Shown here: piece by piece, positions 48,701 through 58,352 of the stretch
Layout of the letters: each line of letters begins with the position of its first letter
Numbering within the stretch: position 1 is the first letter of the stretch
Assembly: GCA_041642035.1 (NCBI GenBank)
Contig: JBEPXC010000001.1
Coordinates: forward strand, 6,304 to 70,303
Direction: 5' to 3'
DNA from: Sphingobacteriia bacterium
GTDB lineage: Bacteria > Bacteroidota > Bacteroidia > Bacteroidales > UBA7960
DNA: 64,000 bases
Notes under the pieces: generated by a model
Seen by the model: the letters and a program-made list of their open reading frames with translations, nothing else
Told to the model about the DNA's origin: nothing
The model's database searches: none
Made by a program: the position numbers and the translations under genes

Positions 48701-51245
48701 CATCATGGGTAATGACATCGGTAAGTTGCGGATAAGGCAGCCAGTAATAAACATTGTCGGGGTGAGATAAACCGGAGATGTTTCTTATGTCAATGGTAAC
48801 GGTATCCCCTGGCTGGACCTTAAAAATCTGTTTTTGAAGAGGGACGGGTTTTTGATTTCGGATGCTGAAACCAATGTTGTCTGATTCTGGTAAATCGCCA
48901 TAAACAAAGCAATTGTTGTTTAGGGTGATGAATTTGTTGTTTTCAGCACTGGCTTCGATCAGCCCTTCGGGAATGGTCCCTTGCATCTCGTTATCATGAA
49001 GGTAGATGTTTACATTGTCTCTGAAATTATCAAAGGTGGCCGGGATGCTCTTTATGTTGTTGCCACTCAAATTCATTTCGTTCAATCCTGCGCAATGGCC
49101 TATCTCTTCGGGTATGCTGGTAAGCAGGTTATTGGAAAGGTTGAGCTTAATAATGTTACGCCCCTGCCCCAGGTTTGTTGGCACATATGAAATCTGGTTG
49201 TTTGCTGCAGAAAGGTTTTTCAGCATATACAAAATGGCCACCCCATCGGGCAAAGCGCCAAGCTGGTTGCTATCGACCAGCAATACTCCCAGTTTGCTGA
49301 GACTTCCTATGTTGTTGGGTAAAGATTGTAGCTGGTTGTTCGACAGATCGACAAACTTCAGGGAAGGGAAATTGCCGAACCAGGGCGGAAAGTCGCCACT
49401 GAGATTATTACCCTGTAATTGAAGATCAACCAGTGAAGGACAACTGGCAGTTCCATCTTCAATACTGCCAAAGAGGTTGTTGCCCAGTTTCAGGTATTGC
49501 AGATTCGGATGGTTAAACACCGGGATCTCGCCGGATAGATCATTACCCGAAAAATCAACTTCGGTGAGTGATGTCATTTGCTGCAAACTGATGGGTAATG
49601 AACCGGTTAACCTTTGGTCGCTGATATGGAATTGCTGCAAATTCATCAGATTACCCATCGTTTCCGGTAGGGGTCCGGTAAGATTACCCCGGTCGAAATA
49701 GGTAGTATCCTGATAAAGCCTAAGAATTTTCAGCTTCGATAAGTTGCCAATGGATGCAGGAATTGTTCCATCCAGCGCGTTGTATAAAGACAACCACTCC
49801 AAATTGACCAGATTGCCAATATCTGTCGGTAACTGCCCACTTAAATTGCCTTTATAAATGGTTTCATTTTGGTATATCCAGGTGTTGTAAATATGAAGTT
49901 CTCTCAGTTCGATAAGTTGTGATAGGGAAGCCGGGATGTCGCCATTAAAGGGGCCGTGAAGATAAAGCTTTCTTAAAGATGAAAGATTGCCGATTTCGGG
50001 AGCGATACTCTGAGCTGTATTAGGTGGTGATTGAGAAGTCAGATGCAATTCAATTACCCTGTCATTCATTATAAACACGCCATTCCATGTCATTACGGGC
50101 TGCGAAATATCCCAGCCGGTGGCGGAATAGCCACCCATGGCATTATGCACAGCCAAAAGAGCAAGCGAATCCTGCTCATTCACAGGGATAACGTAGGGAA
50201 TGATCACATTAATCTGAGAAATATTGGTGCTAAACCGCAGCACCCCTCCGGGAGAGATCATCTTGTTGGAATTGAGCCAAAAGTAACCGTTGAAATATCC
50301 ATCCCAGCCAAAATTGACATGATAATACCCCCTGTCGTCATATCCGTCCACTACCACCGCATGACCTACCGGATCACCATAGATAGAAACGTACAGTGGG
50401 CGCTGATTTTCCAGTTCATTTTTAACGTAAAAATCGTCTTCAATAGAGTGCAGGGTATATTGAGAAAAGTGCTCCTTTATACCATAGGCAAAACCTCTGT
50501 TGGGTATGCTGCCATAGGGGCTTCCGCAGTATTGCATCTCCATAGATACTCCTACATGAAACGAAAGCAACTCATCTGAATCATATTGAACGCCTTCAAA
50601 ATCAGCACAAATTTCTCCAAAGGACTCGTCTGTATAACAATAAGAGCCTTTGCCGGTGATGGGCATTCCTTTCCGGACAGCGTGATACTTCATGATTTGT
50701 GTAACGGCTGTGGCCACACAACCCGTGGGGCAGCCTCCTACCTCAGCATGATCAAACTGATTAAGCCGAACACCTTCTTCGTCAAGTAACGGATGAACAA
50801 TCGGCGTAGATTCCTTCACATGGCCCAAACCCATTGCGGCATTTATAATCAGCGAATCTTCGTAGTACTTGAGCAAATCCAGTAACTGTGGGGGGATGTT
50901 GTCATGATCAAAGATACCTTTATCAGCATACCCCACAATTTGGTATTTATCCCTCCCCTGCTGTGAAAGAATTACAAACCCGCCCGATTCTTGTTGAAAC
51001 ACAAAAACTGGTTTTCCTGCCGACTTACCTGATTGATAGGCCACCTTGATTTGTTCCGGCAACAAACCGTCTTGCAAGCCTTTAATGATATTATTTCTGT
51101 GGCCAAGAAAGTCAGCTGCTACAGAACGGGCCTTTTCTGGTATCAGATTTTGTGACAAAAGGGTGTTGGGACTCAATAATCCCATGAGCCCAACTACTAA
51201 AAACCCAAATAAAACCCTTATTTTTAAATATTTACACATAACCAT
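45762..51245 (-). CDS. 1827-aa secreted multidomain protein: C10 (streptopain-like) cysteine peptidase + LRR array + Ig-like region + HExxH metallopeptidase-like region
   Basis: Signal peptide. C10 catalytic Cys motif GGCPTGCVATAVTQIMKYH and His motif GHAVVVDGYDDRGYYHVNFGWDG. About 15 plant-type LRRs (LSGxxPxxIGNLxxLxxL). Y-x-C Ig-like motifs (EQYYCKVF, AWYRCVI). VLAHEYMHYTQD with E 22 residues after the first His (WMEAH). I see no T9SS C-terminal domain. Confidence 0.85.
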   Translation of the reverse strand: MVMCKYLKIRVLFGFLVVGLMGLLSPNTLLSQNLIPEKARSVAADFLGHRNNIIKGLQDGLLPEQIKVAYQSGKSAGKPVFVFQQESGGFVILSQQGRDKYQIVGYADKGIFDHDNIPPQLLDLLKYYEDSLIINAAMGLGHVKESTPIVHPLLDEEGVRLNQFDHAEVGGCPTGCVATAVTQIMKYHAVRKGMPITGKGSYCYTDESFGEICADFEGVQYDSDELLSFHVGVSMEMQYCGSPYGSIPNRGFAYGIKEHFSQYTLHSIEDDFYVKNELENQRPLYVSIYGDPVGHAVVVDGYDDRGYYHVNFGWDGYFNGYFWLNSNKMISPGGVLRFSTNISQINVIIPYVIPVNEQDSLALLAVHNAMGGYSATGWDISQPVMTWNGVFIMNDRVIELHLTSQSPPNTAQSIAPEIGNLSSLRKLYLHGPFNGDIPASLSQLIELRELHIYNTWIYQNETIYKGNLSGQLPTDIGNLVNLEWLSLYNALDGTIPASIGNLSKLKILRLYQDTTYFDRGNLTGPLPETMGNLMNLQQFHISDQRLTGSLPISLQQMTSLTEVDFSGNDLSGEIPVFNHPNLQYLKLGNNLFGSIEDGTASCPSLVDLQLQGNNLSGDFPPWFGNFPSLKFVDLSNNQLQSLPNNIGSLSKLGVLLVDSNQLGALPDGVAILYMLKNLSAANNQISYVPTNLGQGRNIIKLNLSNNLLTSIPEEIGHCAGLNEMNLSGNNIKSIPATFDNFRDNVNIYLHDNEMQGTIPEGLIEASAENNKFITLNNNCFVYGDLPESDNIGFSIRNQKPVPLQKQIFKVQPGDTVTIDIRNISGLSHPDNVYYWLPYPQLTDVITHDERFAGVENNPILELVINENNINEQYYCKVFNPNVPNFHFDYMGSLVEGVCLEYLNTAAISFQMATDEEILADEYADEYVTSLASISGSSISDGTVTLVPPLKVKRGEVYWEASVDGESWARVSDDMVDAGLKANVKSISSDELILNPVNDAWYRCVIAETDCAPLRSQPLKVDAPGIVLFNEIINVTEELMSVSVDSIEVIVPQNFHDEDFRLTITKLENPPPAPEGVIAGSTYDVTVSFADEFVMPLIIKLKNYDKEMVTETDIDKFRAVYYDDKGRNWQPFESSQLSLQDSTLTFLTDHLTKLSIWFDPAAKWGYTDVYERNNIKVFFKDDDVQFMTYGYDRKQSPQPWHITGYPEMVQDVTEFLPKIMAKYQSLNLQVPSGKFSVYIKMMDDAGVVGLQGMMFGYVLIDAKILTPVELMQVLAHEYMHYTQDYYISAHAGNSFWMEAHATLSDRIVWNDDDIPLTESEATLLSGRTGKNYAFQYLANSWDASDRTLLTNNLLGQLNHQYLAGTFLHYLRSYRPDESKLEPAALLRETPWLGGWRLYLGNFVSSHLGGILGDEYEDYVKYIHSGENEKFTIINTEGNPFAYLQDPKNKDTYTYPVNYLIKPGDNPIQTDEFSISIPYLASKVVLLENLNPDTMLLVNYKRNHEFSYNDMVYYVTWDYKKKKMEFLDISDSTEFNFLLDARTRDNQESEFRNYGYILLLNKRYIGVSSLMDNFDASFELTAMPLLNVEKTVMLNIYNGNSPITHTFESASSGSTISEYIFMGNPSALFLQNSTHMTSYEVKGATVKEVISGQTYQVRSSYSLIFDEGIVTGVPTMKDSTVYAQTFEHDIITGNLKITEQEKKYYFLNEFVEYYEVSPGHYEERLIYSTYLARIEEKIKTYWLKDIFSYMQPPDQPTGWEDVYGSNLILFETANTSQTQQVVDDIDARYTITYFDQGGNLASTEVLNYENTNFSSAGLKLLFILKISDE

Positions 51246-51249
51246 TTTT

Positions 51250-51867
51250 TTATAGGGCTACAATTTTTTCTATTTTGTGAAGCGCACCCGATTTTACCGA
51301 TACGAAATAGATTCCCGGTTCAAGCATCGGGTGAATCAGGATACTCTCAGTGGTGGTTTGTTCAAATACCATTTTCCCACTCACACTGAAAATACGCACC
51401 AATAATTCTTGTTGAGGTGATTCATCAAACTCTATCTGGATTTCGTTTCTCACAATGGTAGGAAAAATTCTCACAAAATCATTTGCATTCTGCTCAGGTC
51501 CGGGTATCTCAGCTATCTTCAGGTTGAAGGCCGTAGATGCACTGCAAACGTTGTTATCAATGACTGTCAGCACCAGGTCATCGCCAACATGGGGCGTAAA
51601 AATGGCTACATCGCTGGTGGAGATTACTTCGCCATTCAGCAACCATTCGTAGGTAAAAGGCGTTATTCCCCCGGCTATATCGTATCCCATTAACCCTAAA
51701 ACAACCGGAACACCTTCCGGAAGCTCTTCATCAAATAATGCCACCACCTGAAGTGGTTGATCGCTCTGGGGTAGTATATCCATCTTTACTACGGTTTGGG
51801 CCGGCAGCTGGCTGAATGCCATCATTAACAATAAGCCTGTATATAGGATTGCAGTTTTCATAATCAT
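51250..51867 (-). CDS. Small secreted protein with an Ig/SprB-like repeat and a T9SS type A C-terminal sorting domain
   Basis: Signal peptide. GGITPFTYEWLLNG (SprB/PKD-like). C-terminal FPTIVRNEIQIEF..VRIFSVSGKMVFEQ..PGIYFVSVKSG..KIVAL is typical of Por_Secre_tail. Its stop lies 4 nt before the start of the giant gene. Confidence 0.8.
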   Translation of the reverse strand: MIMKTAILYTGLLLMMAFSQLPAQTVVKMDILPQSDQPLQVVALFDEELPEGVPVVLGLMGYDIAGGITPFTYEWLLNGEVISTSDVAIFTPHVGDDLVLTVIDNNVCSASTAFNLKIAEIPGPEQNANDFVRIFPTIVRNEIQIEFDESPQQELLVRIFSVSGKMVFEQTTTESILIHPMLEPGIYFVSVKSGALHKIEKIVAL

Positions 51868-52964
51868 TGGTTTTTAGGAATTACCAAGCGGAAACCTGTG
51901 AAATGAGAATACCCATTGTGCTGAAAATCTTCGGTATCAATACCTGGAGGAAGAGAGTTTCTCGCATAGACACCACAACTATTTTGGTCGTATTCAAAGC
52001 GATCTGCCAGAAAGTCACCTCCCCGAATCACCTTTTCGGTTCCAGAAGAAGGGCCTGAAGGATTGGTGGAGGGTGATGCAGGCGGATTGCTCTCTGTCCA
52101 TTCGGCAAACCAATCGGAGCACCATTCGCTTACATTACCGCTCATATCATACAACCCCAGTTCGTTAGGCAATTTCAGAGCTACGGCATGCTTTCTCCCC
52201 CCCGAATTTTGATAATACCATGCCACATCTTCAACGTACATGCTTCCGGCATAGCTGGTATTGCCACTCTCCAATCCACCGCGGGCAGCCACTTCCCATT
52301 CGTTTTCAGTTGGGAGACGAAAATGATGACCTATCATCGAATTAATTTCAGGAAGAAAATCATTCGTGATGGAATTCCAATTTACCACCACCGGCAAATT
52401 GCTTTGGTAAGATGCATTACCATTCGGTAAACTCCCCACTATTGCCAACCATTGCGCAATGGTTACTTCTGTCTCAGAGATGAAATAGCTATCGAGATAA
52501 ACTTCCCTTGAGGCCAGATAAGTAGCACCATCCAGGTAAAAAGAAGTATCGGCTTTTACGGGAAGAAACCGGAAATCAATTCCGGCAACGGTAAACTCAA
52601 TTTTGTCCACCCCCGTTTGATGGATAAGTATCTCTTTTGTTTTGTCTCCCGCGGTGATGGTAAGAATTGTATTGCGCGCAAAATTTATGTTGGGTTTTGC
52701 ACCAATGATAAATCCGGTAGATTCGCTGCCCTGATAAGCCGAGAGTTCAATCCAGTCGGCCGGGCAAACGGCAGTCCAGTCAAGATCGGTTTCCACCACT
52801 ACCAGACTTGCATCTTTGCCATATCCAAAACTAATGGAAGTTAAAGAAAGATCAAGGAAATCAACTTCAACATCGGGATCAATCGTATCATCATCTGGTT
52901 TCTTGCAGCCTGAAAGTACCAACAAAAGTAGTCCAATTCCCAGGCAAAATGGTTTTAGCTTCAT
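51864..52964 (-). CDS. Lipoprotein with a BACON domain and a formylglycine-generating-enzyme (SUMF1/FGE-sulfatase) family domain
   Basis: The start is taken at MKLKPFCLGIGLLLLVLSGCKK (lipobox). BACON-like LDWTAVCPADWIELS..ILTITAG. FGE domain FRLPTENEWEVAARGG, GLYDMSGNVSEWCSDWF, VIRGGDF. Its stop overlaps the next gene's ATG (ATGA). Confidence 0.85.
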   Translation of the reverse strand: MKLKPFCLGIGLLLLVLSGCKKPDDDTIDPDVEVDFLDLSLTSISFGYGKDASLVVVETDLDWTAVCPADWIELSAYQGSESTGFIIGAKPNINFARNTILTITAGDKTKEILIHQTGVDKIEFTVAGIDFRFLPVKADTSFYLDGATYLASREVYLDSYFISETEVTIAQWLAIVGSLPNGNASYQSNLPVVVNWNSITNDFLPEINSMIGHHFRLPTENEWEVAARGGLESGNTSYAGSMYVEDVAWYYQNSGGRKHAVALKLPNELGLYDMSGNVSEWCSDWFAEWTESNPPASPSTNPSGPSSGTEKVIRGGDFLADRFEYDQNSCGVYARNSLPPGIDTEDFQHNGYSHFTGFRLVIPKNQ

Positions 52965-53181
52965 GGCGGGAGAGTCTAATACAGAATAAAATGCACTCTT
53001 TTTGATAAATTTGTTTTCCTTCCCAAATTTACAAAAAAATACAAATTTTCTAAGAAATAAATGTATTTTTCCGATAAATTGTTGATAATTACTCTTCAGA
53101 CTTATAGAACAGGAAGCCAATCAGGTTTTTTGGGGTAAACCGCAAGTTCATCCCAACTTTTGTGTCGGCCTGTAGACGAGC

Positions 53182-54402
53182 CTATTTCTTACAGTCAATT
53201 TTACGAATAAAAAACATAGCAAAAATAACCATGGCAAGGAACAAAGAGAAAAATGCATTAAACCCAAATTGATTAATTACCCAACCACCTGCCAGTGGAA
53301 ACAGAGCAGGTAAAATATTACCTGCCCCTGCAAAACCCGTATAGATAGCCCTGTTTTCCGACCCCGATACTTCAAGTAACAAACCATTCATGGTGATGGT
53401 ATAAAGAGAAAAGATAACACCACCTATCACAAACAAATAACGCAACCAATATTCTCCTGGAATAACCATCGTAAATACGATAAGAAGCACAGATAGCAAG
53501 ACATTAACATGTAGCAAAAAATTATACTTGATCCTTTTTACAAAGAAAAAAACCAAAACGCTAATACTAACCACACCCAAAATTTTATAAATCAGAAAAA
53601 GACCCGTATCTTCACTTTGGGTATTCAGATTTGTTTTTGCATAAAACATTACAAAGGGCATAAACGAGATCATAAGCCCCTGGGTATTTATAAATCCAAG
53701 GAAATAAATCAATTTGGGATTTGATGAAAGTTCTGATTTCAACACCTTAATAAAATGCTTAAATCCGGTAATTCTCATTTTTGAGGGAACGGTTTCCCTG
53801 ATTTTCCAAAACCCTCCTGAAGCAATCAGCAGCAAAGAGGCTCCCAGGGAAAACATTATGGCGTAATTCAGAGGATAATTATACACTGTTAAAACCCTTT
53901 TTGCTAAAAAAGCAGATAGCAGAAAAACTACACCAGCCAGAATCTGTTTTGCCGAGAAAAATGATTTTCGTTTCGTTTCACTTACACTTTTCCCCAGAAT
54001 ATCGGTATAACTAATATTGCTAAAAGCACCACTAAGAGAAAAAATAGCAATAAAAAGGAAAATCATCCATAACAAACCTGCATTGGAATTCATCCTGAAG
54101 TAGAAAAGAATAAATCCCAGAGCAAACAAAGAGAAAACCCTTAGATTGATGCCCAACAACAAGTAGTTTTTCTTATAGGAAATATTACTCAACCAGGGAG
54201 CAAAAAATAATTGGGTAAAACTAGAACCTCCCATCATAATTGCGGTCATGATACCTATGTGCATAGCACCACCACCCGATTCATAGATCATGGCAGGAAT
54301 TACCGTGTCAACATCCATAAAATTTTGTGCAAAAGCCAGAAAGCCGGCATGCCATAGAAATGCAAAAAAATTACGTTGCGAAATTTGAGGAGTAAGTGAC
54401 AT
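53182..54402 (-). CDS. MFS transporter
   Basis: 406 aa with about 12 predicted TM segments by hydropathy pattern. No specific substrate motif recognised. Confidence 0.7.
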   Translation of the reverse strand: MSLTPQISQRNFFAFLWHAGFLAFAQNFMDVDTVIPAMIYESGGGAMHIGIMTAIMMGGSSFTQLFFAPWLSNISYKKNYLLLGINLRVFSLFALGFILFYFRMNSNAGLLWMIFLFIAIFSLSGAFSNISYTDILGKSVSETKRKSFFSAKQILAGVVFLLSAFLAKRVLTVYNYPLNYAIMFSLGASLLLIASGGFWKIRETVPSKMRITGFKHFIKVLKSELSSNPKLIYFLGFINTQGLMISFMPFVMFYAKTNLNTQSEDTGLFLIYKILGVVSISVLVFFFVKRIKYNFLLHVNVLLSVLLIVFTMVIPGEYWLRYLFVIGGVIFSLYTITMNGLLLEVSGSENRAIYTGFAGAGNILPALFPLAGGWVINQFGFNAFFSLFLAMVIFAMFFIRKIDCKK

Positions 54403-54773
54403 GGTTTCCTTTAGCTCTTGAATACTCCATACCCTATTAAGGATACATTAACAAATACCTTATTTGAGGCAAAATTACTAAATCCGACCCAACTTATAGT
54501 ACCAGATTAGATAAAAGTCTTCCTCCGACCTTTAAAACAGGATTATGGCACATATTAAACCATGCTAATAATTCTATAATCAACTAATTATTTTAATAAT
54601 TTGGGCTGATAAATCACCTTCGAGTTAAAATTTTCCAGATAATTGGCTAAATTAGCCAGCTTGAAAAAAATAATCATGCTTTTTCATTGGGTTTCCTTTT
54701 CAATAATAACCTAAAAACTTCTCATATTTGCAATTAATCATTATTTAAAAAATACTTCAACAAACCAACCTAC

Positions 54774-56405
54774 ATGAACAAAACAGTAAAAATCATCACC
54801 GCATTTTTCGTGCTTTGGATTGCTGCCAATGCAGCACTCAGCGCAAACGAATTCATGGATGCAAAAGCAACACAGGAAAAATTGAAATCACTGGCAGTAC
54901 AACACCCTGGCTACGCTAAGCATGAGGTATTAGGCATCACACCGGATGGCAACAGCATATCGGTACTTACCATTGGCACGGGAATTGTTGCAGAAAAACC
55001 AGCCATTGCAGTAGTTGGCGGTATTGAGGGACCCCATCTCTTTGGTACCAGCCTGGCAGTTGATTTTGCGGAAAAAGTGCTGGGAATGACCGGCAACAAC
55101 CAGATAAGCGGCCTGCTAGATTCGGTTTGTTTTTATGTCATTCCCAGCATCAACCCCGATGCAGCGCAAAGCTATTTCGCATCGCTGCGCTATGAAAGAA
55201 GAGGCAACGGCTCCCCCACCGATCTTGACCGCGACGGTCGGGTGGCTGAGGATGGCTACGAAGACCTGAACAGCGATGGCCTCATTACGATGATGCGGGT
55301 TGCTGATCCTATTGGTAAATGGATGCCACACCCTGCAGATAACAGAATAATGGTGGAAGCTCGCCCTGCACATGGAGAAACCGGAAGTTATATTTATCTT
55401 ACAGAAGGCATTGATAACGATGATGATAAATCTTTTAATGAAGATGGGGAGGAAGGTGTGATCATCAACCGCAATTTCCCATTTAAGTTTCCTTTCTTTA
55501 CCACCGGCTCAGGCGAGCACGCCATGTCAGAAACCGAAACGCGCACTATTGCTGACTTTCTCTACGATGCTAAAAATGTTTTTGCCGTGGTAAGCTTTGG
55601 TCCGGCAAACAATCTTTCCGATCCATTGAGCTACAATGAAGGCGAAGCCAATGCCCGCATCCACACCAGCTGGAAAAAAGATGACATCACTATCAACGAG
55701 CAGGTAAGCCATCTGTACAAAAAGCATTTGGGCGATATGCCACCTACAGAGCAGGCAGGCTCAGACGGAGATTTTTTTCAGTGGGCATATTTCCATTACG
55801 GACGATTTAGTTTCTCTACCCCTGGCTGGTCTTTTCCTGATACTACCAAAGCGGATAAAGATGCACCCATTTCAAAAGAACTCAAATTCTTACAGTGGGC
55901 TGAAAATAACCAGATAGAAAATGTTTTTGTTCCCTGGACAACGATAGAGCATCCAGACTTCCCGGGAAAAAAAGTTGAGGTGGGCGGACTGGCACCCTTT
56001 GTCATGACCAACCCTCCTGCTACTTTGCATGATACCCTTACCGATATTCACACCAACTTTTTGCTCGATCTGGCACGTATGCGCCCCCGCATAGAAATTC
56101 GGAATGTTAAAACTGAACAACTGGGAAGAAACCTTTACCGAATTACTGCTGATATCGTTAATATGGGTGATATCCCCACTGCATCCCAGACCGGAGAGAT
56201 GGTAAAATGGATGCAGAAAACAGTAATACGCCTCACTCCTGACAACAGACAGGAAGTGATCAGTGGCAAACAGGTGGAAGTAATGGGTGTTATCGGAGCT
56301 CGCAGCTCAGAAAAAAGAAGCTGGATTATTAAGGGAGATGGCACCGTTCTGTTAAGAGCTGGTGGCGAACCTACAGGTTTTGATCAGAAAGAAATAAGGC
56401 TTTAA
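54774..56405 (+). CDS. M14 carboxypeptidase-like protein with degenerate active site (probable pseudo-peptidase), secreted
   Basis: Colinear with the next two genes (EKP anchor, D-rich insert DLDRDGRVAEDGYEDLNSDGLITMMRV). It reads GGIEGPH where the paralogs read GAIHSNE. It also lacks the third zinc His (SFGPAN versus YHNTGG) and the catalytic Glu (FSTPGW versus FSNELF). Confidence 0.75.
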   Translation: MNKTVKIITAFFVLWIAANAALSANEFMDAKATQEKLKSLAVQHPGYAKHEVLGITPDGNSISVLTIGTGIVAEKPAIAVVGGIEGPHLFGTSLAVDFAEKVLGMTGNNQISGLLDSVCFYVIPSINPDAAQSYFASLRYERRGNGSPTDLDRDGRVAEDGYEDLNSDGLITMMRVADPIGKWMPHPADNRIMVEARPAHGETGSYIYLTEGIDNDDDKSFNEDGEEGVIINRNFPFKFPFFTTGSGEHAMSETETRTIADFLYDAKNVFAVVSFGPANNLSDPLSYNEGEANARIHTSWKKDDITINEQVSHLYKKHLGDMPPTEQAGSDGDFFQWAYFHYGRFSFSTPGWSFPDTTKADKDAPISKELKFLQWAENNQIENVFVPWTTIEHPDFPGKKVEVGGLAPFVMTNPPATLHDTLTDIHTNFLLDLARMRPRIEIRNVKTEQLGRNLYRITADIVNMGDIPTASQTGEMVKWMQKTVIRLTPDNRQEVISGKQVEVMGVIGARSSEKRSWIIKGDGTVLLRAGGEPTGFDQKEIRL

Positions 56406-56593
56406 ACCTACCTTTATCAATCCAATACGGAAATCATTAAAAAAATACCCCCCATCCCCCTGGAAGGGGGAGCACGCAACTAATTAAATTTCAGAGCATT
56501 GATGATTTAGATTTTAAGGTAGACAAAAAACAATGTACTTTCTAAAGTGGAATCAATAATTCAGGCAAATACCACATTACAAAACAAAATAAA

Positions 56594-58342
56594 ATGAGCA
56601 GAATAATTTATTCAATATACGCTATGCTGATTACCCTTTCAGCATTTGCCCAACACAATGATGGCAGGGCCTTAGAGAACTTCTTCAAGGCTCCGGGCAC
56701 ACCGGTAAATCCAAAGGTGGAAGTTAGCTGGAACCGATACTACACCAACGAAGGGTTGCTGGACATATACAACCGGATGGTGAAAGCCTACCCTGATCTG
56801 GTAACACTCGAATCGATCGGAAAAAGTTATCAGGGAAGAGACATTTGGCTTCTTACCCTTACCAATCACAAAAACAAAACCCACCGCGAGAAACCCGGCT
56901 TCTGGATTGATGGAGCCATACATTCCAATGAGATACAAGGCTCTGAAATTTCAGTGTATACAGCCTGGTATCTCACCGAAAACTACGAAAAAAATGACTT
57001 CATCACCCAACTGTTGGATGAGAAGGTATTTTACATTATGCCGGTAAGTAGCCCAGACGGTCGTGAATTTTTCATGAATCGCCCCGGCACTGGTAACACA
57101 TCTCGCAGCGGGGCTATTGCACTTGATGATGATGGAGATGGCCTGGCAGGCGAAGATGGCTTCAACGACCTCAATAACGATGGTCACATTACTATGATGC
57201 GCCGCCGCTCCCCTCACGGGCAATGGAAAACAGACCCCAAAGACCCACGAGGGATGGTTAGAGTTGAAGCCGACGAATTTGGCCAATGGGAGATGCTGGG
57301 CTTCGAAGCAGTCGATTCAGACGAGGACGGGATGATTTCAGAAGATCGTTTAGATGGCTATTATGACCCCAACCGCGACTGGGCCTGGAACTGGCAACCC
57401 GACTATGTCCAAAGGGGTGCCTACCGCTATCCCTTCTCTCTCCCCGAATCAAAAGCGGTGCGCGACTTCGTGATGGACCATCCCAATATTGCCGGTGCTC
57501 AGACCTATCACAATACCGGTGGAATGTTACTTCGCGGACCCGGATCCAGCGATGACTCCAAGTTTTATCTTCGCGAAGACGTGCGGGTGTATGATCACCT
57601 GGGAGAACTGGGCGTTAAACTTATTCCCGGATACGACTATTTCGTTATCAATGAGGACCTTTATACGGTGTATGGCGGACTCATCGATTGGCTTCATCTT
57701 ATGAGAGGTATTTTCACCTTCTCCAATGAACTATTCACAACCTATTTCTACTTTAATCAGAAATCAGAAGGATGGTTTGGACGTCAGGAAGAAGCCCTGG
57801 CATTTGACCGATACCTGCTTTTTGAAGATGCCTTCGTCCCATGGCAGGAATACGAGCATCCGCAATACGGAAAAATTGAGATTGGGGGCTTTAAAAAGAA
57901 TTTCGGGCGCATTAATCCCGGTTTTCTTCTGGAAAACGAAGCCCATCGCAACATGGCTTTTACCTTGCATCATGCCTATCAAACCCCTCGTCTCCAAATC
58001 ACGGAGATATCATCGAAGGATCTCGCTGGAGGACTGCGCGAGATTACAGCACAGATAACCAATTCAAGGCTCATCCCTACACACGCTGGCATTGACAGCC
58101 AATACAAGATTACACGCCCCAATTACATTACCCTTGAAGGTGGGTCGGTAATAGCCGGTATGATTGTAAAAAACCGAGACCTAAACATCGTGGAAGAGCA
58201 ACGGAATAACCCCTCTACTATCGAAATCGATAATATACAGGGTATGAGCTCGGTAATTGTAAAATGGGTTGTAGATGGCGGAAGGAAATTTACTGTAACC
58301 GTTGATAGTGCCAAAGGAGGCATTATAAGCAAAGAACTGTAA
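56594..58342 (+). CDS. M14 family zinc carboxypeptidase, secreted
   Basis: FWIDGAIHSNEIQGSE (HxxE), YHNTGGMLLRGPG (third His), FSNELF (catalytic Glu). Inserts DDDGDGLAGEDGFNDLNNDGHITMMRR and DSDEDGMISED. Confidence 0.85.
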   Translation: MSRIIYSIYAMLITLSAFAQHNDGRALENFFKAPGTPVNPKVEVSWNRYYTNEGLLDIYNRMVKAYPDLVTLESIGKSYQGRDIWLLTLTNHKNKTHREKPGFWIDGAIHSNEIQGSEISVYTAWYLTENYEKNDFITQLLDEKVFYIMPVSSPDGREFFMNRPGTGNTSRSGAIALDDDGDGLAGEDGFNDLNNDGHITMMRRRSPHGQWKTDPKDPRGMVRVEADEFGQWEMLGFEAVDSDEDGMISEDRLDGYYDPNRDWAWNWQPDYVQRGAYRYPFSLPESKAVRDFVMDHPNIAGAQTYHNTGGMLLRGPGSSDDSKFYLREDVRVYDHLGELGVKLIPGYDYFVINEDLYTVYGGLIDWLHLMRGIFTFSNELFTTYFYFNQKSEGWFGRQEEALAFDRYLLFEDAFVPWQEYEHPQYGKIEIGGFKKNFGRINPGFLLENEAHRNMAFTLHHAYQTPRLQITEISSKDLAGGLREITAQITNSRLIPTHAGIDSQYKITRPNYITLEGGSVIAGMIVKNRDLNIVEEQRNNPSTIEIDNIQGMSSVIVKWVVDGGRKFTVTVDSAKGGIISKEL

Positions 58343-58352
58343 AACAAAACTT

